Below are positions 10,287 through 18,605 of a DNA stretch of 64,000 nt, in pieces (within the stretch, counting starts at the first letter, position 1; each line of letters opens with the position of its first letter). The stretch comes from Sphingomonas sp. Lineage in GTDB: Bacteria > Pseudomonadota > Alphaproteobacteria > Sphingomonadales > Sphingomonadaceae. Position numbers and translations under genes: made by a program. Location: NCBI RefSeq assembly GCF_039594485.1, contig NZ_JBCNNI010000002.1:19715-83714 (forward strand), written 5' to 3'. The notes below the pieces were generated by a model that saw nothing but the letters and a program-made list of their open reading frames with translations, ran no database searches and was not told where the DNA came from.

Positions 10287-11383
10287 GCCGCCCCATCCAC
10301 AAACAAAGCCACCAATCGCTGGTTCATATAATAGTTATTCCGCCCAATCCGCTGTTTGTCCAGAAACCCCGCCGCCGCCAGGGTGTCGAGATATTTCGTC
10401 GCGGTCGGCCGGGAAATCCCCAGTTCCTGCTCGACATATTCGATCCGCGTGTAGGGGTGGCGGAACAGATTGTTGAGCAAGTCCTGCGAATAGACCTTGG
10501 GATGGTCAGTCCGGATACGCTGCTTGTACTCGGCCATCAGCATCCGCATCCCCTCGATCAGCGCGAGCGTGTCCTTCGCCGTCTGCGCGACGCCTTGGAT
10601 CATGTAGAGCAGCCATGCCTCCCAGGCTTCGGCGGACCCGCGCGTGTCACGCACGGCCTGCAACAGCCGGTAATAATCGCCCTTCCGGCCGGTGATCCAA
10701 CGGCTGAGATACAGCACCGGCACGTCGAGCAGCCCGGTGCGCGTCAGGTACAGCATGTTGATGATCCGTCCGACGCGGCCGTTGCCGTCGCTGAACGGGT
10801 GGATGCTTTCGAACTGGTGATGGATGATCGCCATCTTCACCAGCGGGTCGAGATCGCTGGCGTCATCCTCGTTGATGAACCGCTCCAGCGCGGCCATGTG
10901 TCCGCGCACCGCATCGCCCTCCTGCGGGGGGACGTACACCATCTCGCCGGTCTGGTCGTTCTTCAGCGCAGTGCCGGGGGTGTTGCGGAACGTCTCGTCG
11001 GTGCGCTTCAGCATCTGGAACATGGCGACGATCATGTTGTTCGTCAGCAGGCCGCCCAGTCGCCGCTGCTGTACGAAGCCCTCGCGCAGGGCTTCGGCAT
11101 AGCGCGCGACTTCCTTCGCATCAGCGGACGAGGGGTTTTCCGGAAAGACGCTGGCGCGGAACAGCTCGTCCTGCGTGGTGACGATGTTCTCGATTTCCGA
11201 GCTGGCTTTGGCTTCCTGCAACGCCAGCGTGTCAATCAGGATGCCCTGGTTGGGGATCGCGGCGGCGCGGCCCTTCAACTCCGCCAGATGCCGATGCGCC
11301 TGCGTCAGCGCGCGCAGCACTGCCGCCGTTTCCTGCACCCCCGGAGGGGGCAGGTCCGGGATGATGTAGCTCGCCTTGAGCAT
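10283..11383 (-). CDS. Fic family protein (AMPylase-type) with an N-terminal inhibitory motif
   Basis: Fic core is HPFSDGNGRVGR. The N-terminal SSEIEN matches the (S/T)xxxE(G/N) auto-inhibition motif. C-terminal wHTH-like tail. The stop overlaps the hsdS start by 4 bp. Start chosen at MLKASY (GAGG 8 nt upstream); the ORF could extend to 11422. Confidence 0.9.
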   Translation of the reverse strand: MLKASYIIPDLPPPGVQETAAVLRALTQAHRHLAELKGRAAAIPNQGILIDTLALQEAKASSEIENIVTTQDELFRASVFPENPSSADAKEVARYAEALREGFVQQRRLGGLLTNNMIVAMFQMLKRTDETFRNTPGTALKNDQTGEMVYVPPQEGDAVRGHMAALERFINEDDASDLDPLVKMAIIHHQFESIHPFSDGNGRVGRIINMLYLTRTGLLDVPVLYLSRWITGRKGDYYRLLQAVRDTRGSAEAWEAWLLYMIQGVAQTAKDTLALIEGMRMLMAEYKQRIRTDHPKVYSQDLLNNLFRHPYTRIEYVEQELGISRPTATKYLDTLAAAGFLDKQRIGRNNYYMNQRLVALFVDGAA

Positions 11384-11457
11384 CGGACAGCCTCGTGAAA
11401 GAAATGTGCGATTTTTTCGCACGTCGCTAGTGACGTGTAAAGGAAACCCGATTTTCT

Positions 11458-13047
11458 TTACACGTCCGCCGAACGTGTCAAATCCGTTGCTGCATCGTCG
11501 GGCACAATCACGCTGGCCAGCCTCTGACGGATGACGTCGGTCAGCCGCGCGCTTTCGGCGAACTGCTCTTCCAGCGTCGCCTGCAGCGTGGCGAAGCGTT
11601 CGGCGAAGGAAATTGTGTCCGCTTCAACGTCTTCGGCGCCGACATAGCGGCCGGGGGTGAGGACATAGCCATGGCTCGCAATGACGTCATGCCGCGCTGC
11701 GCAGGCGAAACCCGGGACATCCGCATAGCCTTCACCCTCGCGCCAAGCATGATAGGTGTCGGAGATCTTCGCGATGTCGGCATCGCTGAACTCGCGCCGT
11801 GTGCGGTCGACCATGTGGCCGAGCTTGCGCGCGTCGATGAACAGAATCTCACCGCGCCGGTCGCGCAGCTTCTTGTTACGGCCAATGCCGTTCGACTTAT
11901 CCTTCGCCAGGAACCAGATGCACACTGGAATCTGGGTCGAATAGAAGAGTTGACCCGGCATCGCGATCATGCAGTCGATCACGTCGCCATCCACCATCGC
12001 CCGGCGGATGTCACCTTCGCCATTCTGTGTCGAGGACATCGACCCGTTGGCCAGGATGACGCCCGCGGTGCCGGTGGGCGCCAGATGGTGCAGGATGTGC
12101 TGGAGCCAGGCGAAGTTGGCGTTGCTGGCGGGCGGCGGACCGAACTGCCACCGCGCATCCTGCTTGATCCGGTCGCCGCCCCAGTCGGAGATGTTAAACG
12201 GCGGATTTGCGAGCACGTAATCGGCGCGAAGGTCAGGCAACTCGTCCTTGTGGAAACTGCCCTCGCTGTTCCAGCGGATGTCGGCGTCGATGCCGCGCAC
12301 CGCCAGGTTCATCATCGCCAGCCGCCACGTCGTATGGTTGGATTCCTGGCCATAGATGGCGATGTCGCCGATCCGCCCGCCGTGGCTTTCGACGAACTTC
12401 TCCGACTGAACGAACATGCCGCCGCTGCCGCAGCACGGATCATACACGCGGCCCTTATACGGTTCGAGCATCTCGACCATCGTCCGCACAACCGAGCGCG
12501 GGGTGTAGAACTCACCGCCACGCTTGCCTTCGCTGCCCGCGAACTGGCCGAGGAAATATTCGTAGACCCGGCCCAGCAGGTCGCGGGACGCGTTGCTGGC
12601 GTCTTTGAAGCCTATGCCGGAGATCAGGTCGATCAGCTCGCCGAGCATCACCGCGTTCAGGCCGGGGCGGGCGTAATCCTTGGGCAGAACGCCCTTCAGC
12701 CCCGGATTGACCTTCTCGATTTCCAGCATGGCGTCGTCGATGATCTTGCCGATGCCGGGTTGCTTCGCGCTCGCCTGCAGGTGGGACCAGCGCGCCCCCT
12801 TCGGCACCCAGAAGATGTTGTCGGCACGATATTCGTCCTCGTCCTCGGCGCCTTCGGGATACTCGGCGAGGAGTTCGGCATGCTTCGCCTCGAACCCCTC
12901 GGATATGTGCTTCAGGAAAATCAGGCCGAGCACGACGTGCTTGTAGTCGGAGGGCTCCATGTTGCCGCGTAGCTTGTCGGCCGCGCGGAAGAGCTCCGCC
13001 TCAAAACCCAAAACTCCGCCCGCTATCTTCTTCGCTACCCGTGCCAT
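11458..13047 (-). CDS. hsdM: type I restriction-modification N6-adenine DNA methyltransferase subunit M
   Basis: 529 aa. Contains the HsdM N-terminal domain, the SAM motif [10 protein letters not shown] and the catalytic NPPF (LANPPFN). Confidence 0.95.
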   Translation of the reverse strand: MARVAKKIAGGVLGFEAELFRAADKLRGNMEPSDYKHVVLGLIFLKHISEGFEAKHAELLAEYPEGAEDEDEYRADNIFWVPKGARWSHLQASAKQPGIGKIIDDAMLEIEKVNPGLKGVLPKDYARPGLNAVMLGELIDLISGIGFKDASNASRDLLGRVYEYFLGQFAGSEGKRGGEFYTPRSVVRTMVEMLEPYKGRVYDPCCGSGGMFVQSEKFVESHGGRIGDIAIYGQESNHTTWRLAMMNLAVRGIDADIRWNSEGSFHKDELPDLRADYVLANPPFNISDWGGDRIKQDARWQFGPPPASNANFAWLQHILHHLAPTGTAGVILANGSMSSTQNGEGDIRRAMVDGDVIDCMIAMPGQLFYSTQIPVCIWFLAKDKSNGIGRNKKLRDRRGEILFIDARKLGHMVDRTRREFSDADIAKISDTYHAWREGEGYADVPGFACAARHDVIASHGYVLTPGRYVGAEDVEADTISFAERFATLQATLEEQFAESARLTDVIRQRLASVIVPDDAATDLTRSADV

Positions 13048-13292
13048 GCCGATCCTGATCGATATCTTTCAGCCCTGATAGCCACCGTGCGTGGCGGCGG
13101 CTACCATCATGCCGCATCGCAATATGCCGGAAACAGCCGGGATCGGCATGACCAACGATAGAAACTGGAAAGCAGGCATGAGGCTGCGAATGACGGTTTG
13201 GGTGACGGATTATGGTAGCGCCGATCTGCCGGGCTTGCGCCATAAGGGATAGGCTCCGGCTAATTTGCAGAACCTCAACATCCCGCTAAGCC

Positions 13293-14201
13293 ATGCCTAT
13301 GGCGTTCGGCGTTTTCATCCACCGGTTTGACTCGATCTACGATGACACACCGGCGGAGCGCTATCAGTTCCCATCCCAGTACCTGAGCCGCGCTCAAGCA
13401 TGTCTCGGTGACTGGATCATCTATTATGAGCCCCGCAAGGTGCGAGACACCCGCGGCTATTTCGCCGTTGCTAAGGTCGAGCGGATCGCGCCGGACCCAA
13501 CTGCGCCCGGCATGTACCTCGCGCTGATCGAGCCGGGCAGCTATCTCGATTTCGCAACACCTGTCCCCTTCGCAGATGCGGACGGTCAGGTCATCGAGCG
13601 TGGCGTCCTGAACGATGCCGGCCGGATCTCCGGCCGTGCTCAGGCTGCCGTACGGTCGCTGTCCCCGGCGGACTTCAACCGCATCGTCTCAGCCGGGCTC
13701 GATGACACCAGCCCGCTGCTGCCCCGCACCGACGACGTTGATCCGCCAACCGCCGTCCGGGAGGATCGCACGCCTTTCGTCTTTGACGAAGCCCGCGAGC
13801 GGGTCACGACGCTGGTCTCGCGCGTGGTCCGGGATCGGGTGTTCCGTCGTATTGTGCTGCGCGCCTATGACGAGCGCTGCGCCGTCACCGGGCTGAAGCT
13901 GATCAACGGCGGCGGTCGTGCCGAGGTGGAGGCCGCCCATATCCGTCCCGTCGAGGCAAACGGTCCCGACATCATCAGCAACGGCATGGCGCTGTCGGGC
14001 ACGGCGCACTGGATGTTCGACCGGGGCCTGATCGGCTTCGACGACGACATGCGCATCCTGGTGTCACGCCAGGTCAACGATCCGGACAGCGTCCGCTCGA
14101 TCGTGAACCCGTCTGGCTGTGCGATCCTGCCCGCGCATCTGGCGAGCCGACCGCATCCCGACTTCGTGCGCTGGCATCGCGACCACCGCTTCAAGCAGTA
14201 A
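13293..14201 (+). CDS. HNH endonuclease with an uncharacterised N-terminal (possibly PUA/SRA-like) domain
   Basis: C-terminal HNH signature AAHIRPVEANGPDIISNGMALSGTAHWMFDRG. About 130 aa of N-terminal domain (DWIIYYEPRK...GYFAVAKVERI) has no assigned family. Divergent from hsdM. Confidence 0.8.
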   Translation: MPMAFGVFIHRFDSIYDDTPAERYQFPSQYLSRAQACLGDWIIYYEPRKVRDTRGYFAVAKVERIAPDPTAPGMYLALIEPGSYLDFATPVPFADADGQVIERGVLNDAGRISGRAQAAVRSLSPADFNRIVSAGLDDTSPLLPRTDDVDPPTAVREDRTPFVFDEARERVTTLVSRVVRDRVFRRIVLRAYDERCAVTGLKLINGGGRAEVEAAHIRPVEANGPDIISNGMALSGTAHWMFDRGLIGFDDDMRILVSRQVNDPDSVRSIVNPSGCAILPAHLASRPHPDFVRWHRDHRFKQ

Positions 14202-14439
14202 CTGGCACCGGTCCGAACGCTCCGTGGAAGCGGAGCGGTGAACAGCGTGATTCAGGGAGGCGCAATTCCGCAAAGATGAATCCTTCACCTTTGCGTGCGT
14301 CGCCATGCGGCGAGGCGAGGCCGGGACGCCGGGGTCGGCGTCCCCAAGGGCGCGCCGGAGGCGCGGCCCGTCGGTGGCTTGGGCCCCCTCGGGAAAAAGC
14401 GCCGGCGGGTGATTCTCACCGTGATTCGCGTCCTGTACC

Positions 14440-16791
14440 ATGGATGGCAACAGGAGTCCGGCTATGTCGATCCAGCGTCCCCTCGGTCCCATCGGTCATT
14501 GTTCTGCACGGTTGCGACGCCTGCTCGCGATCGAGGAGGAAGAGGCGCTCGGCCGCACGGTACGGGTCCGGCGGGATGTCCGTGACGCGGTCAGGGACCG
14601 GAAGCCGCACGGCAATCGCTGGTCGCGCTCTCCCAATTTCGCGGTACCGGGTGCCTTCCACCAGCGGTTCGTCTCGGCAGACGGAAAGGTCACCTTCAAC
14701 TTCACCTTCGAGCCGGTCAGCAAGACCAGCGATGGCGGCTGCCAGATCAAGACGTCGGAGGGAACCAGGCGATTGGAGGCCGGGGCACCGAAGGACCACG
14801 ATGCCTATATCGACCGTCCCGGGGCGGTGGAGGTCACGATCTCACCGGACGGATTCGACCGCTATGCGGTGAGACCGTCCGCGACGGAGGCAATCGATGG
14901 CGAGCGCGCCGTCTTTTCCAACATCTCGCCCGATCCACTGGAACGGCAAGCCTATTGGCAGGCCGTGCACGAGTGCGAACGCACGCCCGGCGTGGACCGG
15001 CTGACGCTGGTGCCGGAGAATGCGTCGCGCGGCGCCTGGCAGGCGCTGGCGGCCGCGCCCGATGTCCCTGAGGCGGTGCGCGACATTGCCGCCGTCTTCG
15101 CCACCGCCAGGGGCAAGCGCAAAGCCCGCGCCATCCCGCTCGATGATCTGGCAATCGACGGTGCCGCCGCGCGCGAATTGGCGGAGACGCTCGCCACGAT
15201 CCTGGGGACCGGCAAGAAGAAGTCGGCTGTCAGGGTCTCGAAGGGACGTGGCGGACGGACGCAATACCGGTTGACGGCGGAGTTTCCCGATGGGCTCGAT
15301 GCCGTGGGTCGGCGAGCGATCACCCAAGCCATCTGCGACCGGCTGGATTCGGCCGGCATCATGTACGTCGCCGCGATCCATGCGCCCGATCATCACAATG
15401 ACCACCGCAATCACCACCTGCATCTTGCCTGTCATGACCGACCCGCCAGGAAGATCGGGGACCGTTGGGACTTCACGATCGCCGAGGAGGTCGAGGGACA
15501 GCATCGCCGGGTCCGCTATCCGTACGCACAGAAGAAGGTGGCCGAATGGTCTCGCGATCCGGGCGGCGGGAACCATCGCTACTATGGCAGCACCTCGGTG
15601 GCTGAGATGCGGGCATTCTTCGCCGACCGGTGCAACGAGGAACTCGACCGGCTGGGCGCCACCCGCAAGTTCCATCCAGGCACGCTGCGCTCGCTGGGGT
15701 GCGAGCGCGACGGGCAGAAGCCACTCGGCACCCGTGCGGCGCCGCTGGAGGCCGTCGGCGTGCCGACCGCGAAGGGCATCGACAATGCCGAGCTCCTCTG
15801 GTCGGCCCTGCTGCGCGAAGCGTGGACCGCGGCTGAGGAGCGCACCAAGGCCCGCACCGCCCTCCGCCGCCGGCTGGCCGAGGCGGAGCGTCGGTTCACG
15901 GAGGGAGCGGTTGTCGATCAGGCCCACGTCGCCGCCATCCGTGATCTGACCGCCCGGCTCGATGTGGCCGACGCGGTGCTGCGCCAGCATGATGCCGAAT
16001 GCGCCGAGTACGACGTCACGCTGGCCATGGCACGCGCCCGCCCGGACAAGACGATCACCGTCTGCCGCCGCATCCTGAAGGCCATCGGCGAAGGCAAGGC
16101 GGACTCGGCCGAGCAGCGGGCGAACGCCGCGATCGCAGCCCGCGCTGACGCAGCCGAGGCGTTCCTCGCCGGCATCGCCGCCATCGAGCGCGATCATGCC
16201 CCGGTGCTGGCCGAGTACCGGACGGCGGTCACAACGGCCCAGGCGGAGGTCGAGGCGATCGCGGATGCGGCAACGCCGCTGATCGAACGCCCTGCACCTG
16301 CTCGCACCCTCGAGCCGGCCCGTCCGGACCTGCGGGCAACGCTCGAGGCGCTGTTCGACCGGATCATGACGGACGACATACCGATCCTGCCGCCGGGCGG
16401 CACGGTGACCGAATATCGTGTGCCCGGCGTGACGCGCGTAGAATTCGCCGCTCTGACCACGCCCGCCCTGGCCGAGATGGCGCAGAAGCGCCTTGCCGCG
16501 CTGGCTGACATTCAAGCCAAGCGGATGACCGCTGCCGCAAAGCATGTGGCATCAATCGGCACGGACGGCCTGACGCGTGCCACCGCCGATGGCGACCCGG
16601 GCGCGGCGCGGACGCTGAAGCACATCCGCGCCTATGGCACCCATCCCGTCTATCTGCATGCCGTGGCAACGGCGCAGAGGGCAGAACCGCAGGTCGCCAC
16701 CAGAGTCGACGAGAGCGGCAGCGCATGGCGCCGATTGGTCGGGGGGGCTATTCGGACGCAATACGCCAATTCAACCAACCACCCGCATTGA
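14440..16791 (+). CDS. MobA/MobL-family relaxase-like protein, possibly frame-disrupted at the 3' end
   Basis: Histidine cluster IHAPDHHNDHRNHHLHLACHDR and a long Ala/Arg-rich helical C-terminal half, as in mobilisation relaxases. The exact start is uncertain (14440 or 14464). The ORF ends 44 nt after a G7 tract. Confidence 0.7.
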   Translation: MDGNRSPAMSIQRPLGPIGHCSARLRRLLAIEEEEALGRTVRVRRDVRDAVRDRKPHGNRWSRSPNFAVPGAFHQRFVSADGKVTFNFTFEPVSKTSDGGCQIKTSEGTRRLEAGAPKDHDAYIDRPGAVEVTISPDGFDRYAVRPSATEAIDGERAVFSNISPDPLERQAYWQAVHECERTPGVDRLTLVPENASRGAWQALAAAPDVPEAVRDIAAVFATARGKRKARAIPLDDLAIDGAAARELAETLATILGTGKKKSAVRVSKGRGGRTQYRLTAEFPDGLDAVGRRAITQAICDRLDSAGIMYVAAIHAPDHHNDHRNHHLHLACHDRPARKIGDRWDFTIAEEVEGQHRRVRYPYAQKKVAEWSRDPGGGNHRYYGSTSVAEMRAFFADRCNEELDRLGATRKFHPGTLRSLGCERDGQKPLGTRAAPLEAVGVPTAKGIDNAELLWSALLREAWTAAEERTKARTALRRRLAEAERRFTEGAVVDQAHVAAIRDLTARLDVADAVLRQHDAECAEYDVTLAMARARPDKTITVCRRILKAIGEGKADSAEQRANAAIAARADAAEAFLAGIAAIERDHAPVLAEYRTAVTTAQAEVEAIADAATPLIERPAPARTLEPARPDLRATLEALFDRIMTDDIPILPPGGTVTEYRVPGVTRVEFAALTTPALAEMAQKRLAALADIQAKRMTAAAKHVASIGTDGLTRATADGDPGAARTLKHIRAYGTHPVYLHAVATAQRAEPQVATRVDESGSAWRRLVGGAIRTQYANSTNHPH

Positions 16792-17413
16792 ACCAATACC
16801 GCAGCCACACACGTCGGAACCGGCCAGGGATCCGGCACCATCCTCGCGCGACGAGGCCATCGCTGCGCTAGCCGCCGCGCTCCTCGCTGAACCCACCCTG
16901 CGGGTCGTCGAACGGGAGCATGGGCTCGTCATCGATACCGCCGACGCTCCCGAATGGCGGATGTCCGCCGACGCCTTTGCCGACGCGCCGGCGGTCCTTG
17001 ACGCGATGCGTCGACGTCACGCGGCGCCGTGGCTTGACCACAGCGTCGCTGAACGGAACCGCCTGCTGGCCGACCTCCGCGCCGCCCTGATGAGTGTCAC
17101 CCGGCCTCCCCTCCGGAAGATCGGGGAACAGTGGAACATCGACCTCCCCGACAAACGGCTCGCTGCCCTTGTCACCCGCTGGCGCGGGTACGACCGTCTC
17201 GACGCCCTTCTGGCTGACGTCGATCACCAGCGGCGGGGGACCGGCGTCGATCGATACGTCGTCGAGGGATCGACCAGCGTCGGGACCGGCGACGCGACCG
17301 TCAGCCGCGTCCCGGATCTCGGCACGGATCGTGGTGATGGGCTGCAGGACGACCGCGCCTTCGTCCCCATGGGCTGGGGGGACCGGGGTCGGGGGCAGGA
17401 CGGTGGACGCTAG
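16634..17413 (+). CDS. ORF in the +1 frame relative to the relaxase; a displaced relaxase C-terminus or a separate gene without a canonical start
   Basis: Protein-like sequence with GC-rich third positions runs from about 16790 (DEAIAALAAALLAEPTLRVVEREHGLVIDTADAPEW...). There is no ATG/GTG/TTG between 16791 and the ATG near 16960. The frame is reachable from the relaxase frame at the G7 run (16741-16747). Confidence 0.35.
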   Translation: MAPIPSICMPWQRRRGQNRRSPPESTRAAAHGADWSGGLFGRNTPIQPTTRIEPIPQPHTSEPARDPAPSSRDEAIAALAAALLAEPTLRVVEREHGLVIDTADAPEWRMSADAFADAPAVLDAMRRRHAAPWLDHSVAERNRLLADLRAALMSVTRPPLRKIGEQWNIDLPDKRLAALVTRWRGYDRLDALLADVDHQRRGTGVDRYVVEGSTSVGTGDATVSRVPDLGTDRGDGLQDDRAFVPMGWGDRGRGQDGGR

Positions 17414-17989
17414 GTAGCGCTTCACCGTCGCCCCGCTGATGCCGAACTGCCTGGCGGTGACGGACAGGCTCGCCCCGTTCGTGCTGCGCCAGGCGATGAC
17501 CTCGACGGGGTCCGCCTTGCGCGGTCGCCCGAGGCTCGCCTTGCCACGGTGCGTCCGGCCGGTGGCGGCGAGCGACTTCCTAGCGTGATCACGCCCGGCC
17601 TGGGTGCGCTCGCGGATGGCCTCACGCTCCATCTCCGCGATCTCTGCCAGCACCGCGACGATCAGCCGACCTGCGCTCGAGCTGATCGAGCCGAGTCCAC
17701 GGACGACGATCTCGACGCCCCTGTCGTTGAGCGCCCGCACCGTCGCGTGGATGTCGATGGCATTGCGGCCCAGCCGATCAATGGCGGTGACGTGCAGCCT
17801 GTCGCCCTCGCGGAGGTATCCGAGCATTGCAGCGAAGCCGGATCGATCCCGGGCCAGCACCGAGCCGCTGACGCCCTCATCGAAGAATTCCTTGTCGAAG
17901 GGCTGGTTCGTCGATCCGAGCAACGCGCTACGCTGCGCCTCGATCGTCTGACCGCTGGTCGACACACGGTAATAGGCAATCTCACTCAT
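16868..17989 (-). CDS. serine recombinase (resolvase/invertase family) with an unusual long C-terminal read-through
   Basis: N-terminal YYRVSTSGQ (catalytic Ser), DRLGRN, and an HTH (SVTARQFGISGATVKRYL) ending about aa 195 (near 17404). The frame then stays open for another ~175 codons, antisense to the + strand ORF. Confidence 0.85.
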   Translation of the reverse strand: MSEIAYYRVSTSGQTIEAQRSALLGSTNQPFDKEFFDEGVSGSVLARDRSGFAAMLGYLREGDRLHVTAIDRLGRNAIDIHATVRALNDRGVEIVVRGLGSISSSAGRLIVAVLAEIAEMEREAIRERTQAGRDHARKSLAATGRTHRGKASLGRPRKADPVEVIAWRSTNGASLSVTARQFGISGATVKRYLASTVLPPTPVPPAHGDEGAVVLQPITTIRAEIRDAADGRVAGPDAGRSLDDVSIDAGPPPLVIDVSQKGVETVVPAPAGDKGSEPFVGEVDVPLFPDLPEGRPGDTHQGGAEVGQQAVPFSDAVVKPRRRVTSTHRVKDRRRVGKGVGGHPPFGSVGGIDDEPMLPFDDPQGGFSEERGG

Positions 17990-18000
17990 TCTTTTTCATC

Positions 18001-18113
18001 CTGGGGTGAAAGTTACCCCAGCACTTCCGAACCTAGCTCAATTGCCTTTCTTCTATCTTCTGGGCCCGCGCTGACGCCCGTCGAGACCTTGGCGCGAAAG
18101 TTGGAACTTTCGC
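18001..18113. promoter_or_regulatory. GAAAGTT-containing palindromes between the resolvase gene and a small ORF (candidate res/operator sites)
   Basis: CTGGGGTGAAAGTTACCCCAG (18001-18021) and the perfect palindrome GCGAAAGTTGGAACTTTCGC (18094-18113) share the half-site GAAAGTT. Confidence 0.4.
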
Positions 18114-18157
18114 ACGGAGGAAGACGAGGGAGGACCGAGTGTGTGGAGGAGGATGAA

Positions 18158-18364
18158 ATGAGACCGCCGACGATGACGGACGAAGAGGCAGACGCCCTCT
18201 GGCTAGAAATGTGCCTCGAACTGGCCAAGCCGCCCATCGAAACCATCGCGGTAAACGACAATGCCGGCCACATCCCCGTCAGAAAGGACCAGGGACCGCG
18301 TCGGTACTGTTTCGTCTATACCGCTCAGACATTCATGATGGCCGAATGGCAGGATGTTCGCTGA
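18158..18364 (+). CDS. small hypothetical protein (68 aa)
   Basis: ATG preceded by GGAGGAGGA. The upstream part of the 271-aa track ORF is antisense to the resolvase gene and was discarded. Confidence 0.4.
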   Translation: MRPPTMTDEEADALWLEMCLELAKPPIETIAVNDNAGHIPVRKDQGPRRYCFVYTAQTFMMAEWQDVR

Positions 18365-18397
18365 TCGACGACAGAAACGCGAACGCTTGGCGTTAAG

Positions 18398-18463
18398 TGG
18401 GGGTAAGGGGGTGTAGTCGCTGTGCAGTTCCCACTGCTCATCGCCTCCACCCCCTTACCCCCA
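18398..18463. repeat. perfect 16-bp inverted repeat with a 34-nt spacer
   Basis: TGGGGGTAAGGGGGTG (18398-18413) pairs with CACCCCCTTACCCCCA (18448-18463). An A/T-rich stretch (ATAACTATTATACTGACC) follows. Lies upstream of the AAA ATPase gene. Confidence 0.8.
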
Positions 18464-18605
18464 TAACTATTATACTGACCAATCCCTGCGATCGGGTCAA
18501 CAGGTGCACGTCCTCGACAAAGCGATCGGGATCGCCGGTGGCTGCGCGTAAGCCTGACTTTAACGACCCGGCCGTATCCCAGCTGCCTATAGAGGGAACC
18601 GCCAG

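Noticed and set aside
14323-14344. Hairpin GGGACGCCG-GGGT-CGGCGTCCC upstream of the relaxase gene as oriT
   Set aside because: It is a short GC hairpin with no adjacent nic-like or A/T-rich sequence. It could equally be a weak terminator for the HNH gene, so the support is too weak to report as a feature.
14842-16545. 567-aa minus-strand ORF
   Set aside because: It is entirely antisense to the relaxase-like gene. The product is Arg/Gly/Ala/Pro-rich low-complexity sequence with no motifs, which is typical of a high-GC shadow ORF.
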